DNA of 64,000 nt from positions 2,294,001 to 2,358,000 of the forward strand of contig OX337238.1 of the NCBI GenBank assembly GCA_946965045.2. The letters run 5' to 3'. Positions 61,425-64,000 of this stretch are shown piece after piece (positions within the stretch are counted from its first letter, which is position 1; each line of letters begins with the position of its first letter). The notes below the pieces were generated by a model. The model worked only from the letters and a program-made list of their open reading frames with translations. It made no database searches and had not been told where the DNA came from. The DNA is from Epithemia pelagica. Taxonomy: Eukaryota > Protista > Bacillariophyta. The position numbers were made by a program, and so were the translations under genes.

Positions 61425-63068
61425 TCACGACCGTTCAAAATCGTCATCGGGTGGATTCACATACAAGTCATCATCCACATTGGGTGGGTGGTCATCATTC
61501 AATTCCTGCAATGGGACAAACTCGGAAATCCACTCATGGTGGCCAGTGAAAAGGTCATTGAGGAATTGCCAGTAGCGTCCCATGTGATGAGAGGAGAGGG
61601 CCCCGGGAACCCACAAATAGGGACGTTCGTTCCATCCAAAGGGAATGGGAGCATACTTGAGAGACTTGTCTCCATAATGATGATAATAGGCTCGTACCTT
61701 GCCCGTAAAGTTGGATTCCGTGGTAGTATCCTCCACCACATTTCGTAAGCTCCTCTTCGGCATGCTGGTGTTCGTGGTTGTGGGTGGCGGATCGGGCACT
61801 CCGGAACATTGAATGGTATGTCCGACATGATAAAAGAGTTCCGGTAATCGGGGGACCAAATCCCATCCCAAGACGACACGCCAAATGGCCAAGGACGAAG
61901 TAGATAGGCCTGTCGAGTCGTGCAGATAGGTACGCCAGGCCCGATTTCCCACACAGGGACAGCCAAAATTCAAACTAGTCACAGTGGGAGTAGTGGATGA
62001 TTGCGGAATGTCCTTCGAAGGCTGCAAAGAATTGCTGCGAGGGGAGGATGCCTGGTCATCATAATACGAGGCCAACCCGACGGCTGTCAAGACGGAGGCT
62101 GCGCCACCCAAGGAATGACCTGTTGTGTAAATCTTGAGCTCGTTTGCATCTGTTTGGAGGAATGGATGGGAGAGTCGTTTTGTATGCTGTTGTTGTTGTT
62201 GACGACGGAAGTCGTGACGAATGGCTTGGACACGAGACAAAATTTGATCCATCAAGCCATGGTCAAAGACGGCATGATTGAATCCGGAATGGACTTTGGC
62301 TCGCTTGTACGACGAGTCTGTGGCATTGCGATGTTTGTTGATTTGCTCTCCATCCCATTTGGAGGACACGAAAGAAGAGGATGGTTTGGGCAGCGTCCAG
62401 TCATGACCATCCCCATAGGACGCTTTCCAAATATTGGCATCGAGCAAGGCCGTTTGCAAATTGTCAGTTCCAGCGAAAACGACCGTCACATACTCATGTT
62501 GGTAGGACGAGACAATCATGAGTTGAATACCGAGACCGTGACGATCGTGATAATACCAATGGCACTGCAAATCGGCTGGTAGGGTGACATTGACATCCAA
62601 ATCAAGGTGAGAGATGGGAAACAAACTCCGCCTTTTTAAAGGGTTGCTACGATTGTGGCGGCGGCGATTGTTGATGAGATCGCAAACGGCCGTGTCGTTG
62701 GGTTCGGGTTTAAAGGAATAAATGAACAAGGATAAGGCTGCCATATCCATGGTTTCGTTCAAGGTCGGAAAGTCGTTGCCAATGTGTTGTACCCTCTTTT
62801 GGTCCGACTGCCTGGTCGTGCTGGTTTCCAAAAGGGGACTTGGTACTTTCTCGGTGGTTTGAGCCGTCACCAGGAACGATTCCCCCAAGATCCTCCTGAA
62901 CGATAAAGGACTCGTTGTCACTGTCATCACCAGGATGGACATTACGGCGCAAAAGAATCCGCCCACCATGACAATCAGAAAGGGTCCGAATCGTTGTGAC
63001 AACAGAGGACGAGTGCATTCGTACTCCTGGTTCAGGTCACCAGTCAGGGATTGTTGATGTCGTGCCAT
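61425..63068 (-). CDS. Class 3 (fungal-type) lipase with N-terminal membrane anchor
   Basis: VVFAGTD, VHSGF, TTGHSLGG (GxSxG), FGCP.VG, DLVPRLP, HHMGRY. Confidence 0.9.
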   Translation of the reverse strand: MARHQQSLTGDLNQEYECTRPLLSQRFGPFLIVMVGGFFCAVMSILVMTVTTSPLSFRRILGESFLVTAQTTEKVPSPLLETSTTRQSDQKRVQHIGNDFPTLNETMDMAALSLFIYSFKPEPNDTAVCDLINNRRRHNRSNPLKRRSLFPISHLDLDVNVTLPADLQCHWYYHDRHGLGIQLMIVSSYQHEYVTVVFAGTDNLQTALLDANIWKASYGDGHDWTLPKPSSSFVSSKWDGEQINKHRNATDSSYKRAKVHSGFNHAVFDHGLMDQILSRVQAIRHDFRRQQQQQHTKRLSHPFLQTDANELKIYTTGHSLGGAASVLTAVGLASYYDDQASSPRSNSLQPSKDIPQSSTTPTVTSLNFGCPCVGNRAWRTYLHDSTGLSTSSLAIWRVVLGWDLVPRLPELFYHVGHTIQCSGVPDPPPTTTNTSMPKRSLRNVVEDTTTESNFTGKVRAYYHHYGDKSLKYAPIPFGWNERPYLWVPGALSSHHMGRYWQFLNDLFTGHHEWISEFVPLQELNDDHPPNVDDDLYVNPPDDDFERS

Positions 63069-64000
63069 GATCAAGAGTAAATAAACAGAAAACCCCGAGT
63101 CGTCGTGATTGTGAAAGCAGCCCTTTATCCTGTGACTGTCTCGAGACCAGAAAAGAAGAAATGGAATGTGGCAACAACAATACCTCGATACTCCTGCTTC
63201 TATTACCGCTCACACGCTACTTTGGTAGTGATTGCAATCTGATTCCGTCTGGCACCTTTTGTCAACATTTACTGCAACTGTATAGAGCCATGACACTGTG
63301 TTGTAGAGACAGCCGCCATTCTTGAGAGGCCAAGAAGAACATGTGACCACGACACAGCGTTGATGTTCTCGGGTCGTCCACTTCCGTTTGGTGGTGTACC
63401 TCCAAGCGCGTTGAGAATCGTCCATGCCCCCTTTTGTTAACTCATGAAGCTATCCGGGCTGGGGCGTACTTGGGCAGCCTCCGAAAAGCGATCTTCGTGC
63501 GACTTGATATGCTCTCAGACATTTTTGACAGACGTCAGATTCTTCAGGATGCGAGAATTGAACATGGCACATCATATCTGGCAAGAAGACGATAAAGAGA
63601 ACAGCGCCGAGGAATACACTCAACAGAGATAGACAACGACGACCGGTTCCTCCCTTTTTATGCCGAGCGACGAGCGACAAGCCATTCTTCGACACGAGTC
63701 CTAGTCTTGAATGTAGTATCCCTATGCGGTTGTGTTCGGACGGGGCATGAAACTTCCAGAGGCGCATTGTCCACAACGAGACGCTTGAATTCTCTCCTCG
63801 AGGTCCAACTCTCTCTCGAGTTTTGAGAAGAAGCTCAACACTAGGTATTCATTTTGCCACAACCCCTAAGCGCTGCATTTATCATGGCAACAATCCAAGA
63901 AGAAGCAGCACACTGGTCGGGTCCTGCCTTTCGTGGCTGTGCCTTTTACACGTAGCTGCGTGTCATGCAGATTATAAATCTGAAGCGGTTATTGAATAAT

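Noticed and set aside
63210-63776. Short ORFs at the window end
   Set aside because: No homology cues; probably the lipase upstream region or a gene extending beyond the window.
1-64000. rRNA, tRNA or CRISPR loci
   Set aside because: No cloverleaf, rRNA-like or repeat-spacer structures recognised by eye; a tRNAscan/Infernal run would be needed to exclude small RNAs.

Overview
Gene-dense eukaryotic nuclear DNA, most likely from a diatom. The evidence is compact genes, short GT-AG introns, poly-Q/N/T tracts and a DUF6824-type protein; the taxon is inferred, not proven. Housekeeping genes include a DHHC palmitoyltransferase, a very long Uso1/p115-like tether (about 3,745 aa, with a young 276-bp repeat array), a CK1/VRK-like kinase, eIF3i, TRM61, a RING-H2 ligase, a 3-beta-HSD-like SDR and a class 3 lipase. 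Three accessory features stand out. (1) At 3.6-8.4 kb, the 5' end of the Uso1 gene is duplicated. One copy carries a 571-bp foreign coding insert, and a 3-kb block between the copies, bounded by GTCTCC repeats, holds a disrupted Crinkler-like REase-kinase gene. (2) At 19.9-38.1 kb lie a tandem SF1 helicase (DNA2/NAM7 plus UvrD/TRANK1-like), a secreted 18-Cys protein and a 9.3-kb reading frame encoding an AIG1-like GTPase, DnaJ, SecA-like ATPase and two vWA domains, interrupted by a single TAA. This block is the best candidate for an undescribed immunity or conflict system. (3) At 55.2-58.2 kb is a complete PIF/Harbinger transposon with 15-bp TIRs, TTA target-site duplications and two intact convergent ORFs. 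All domain calls come from motif recognition by eye; no searches were run.
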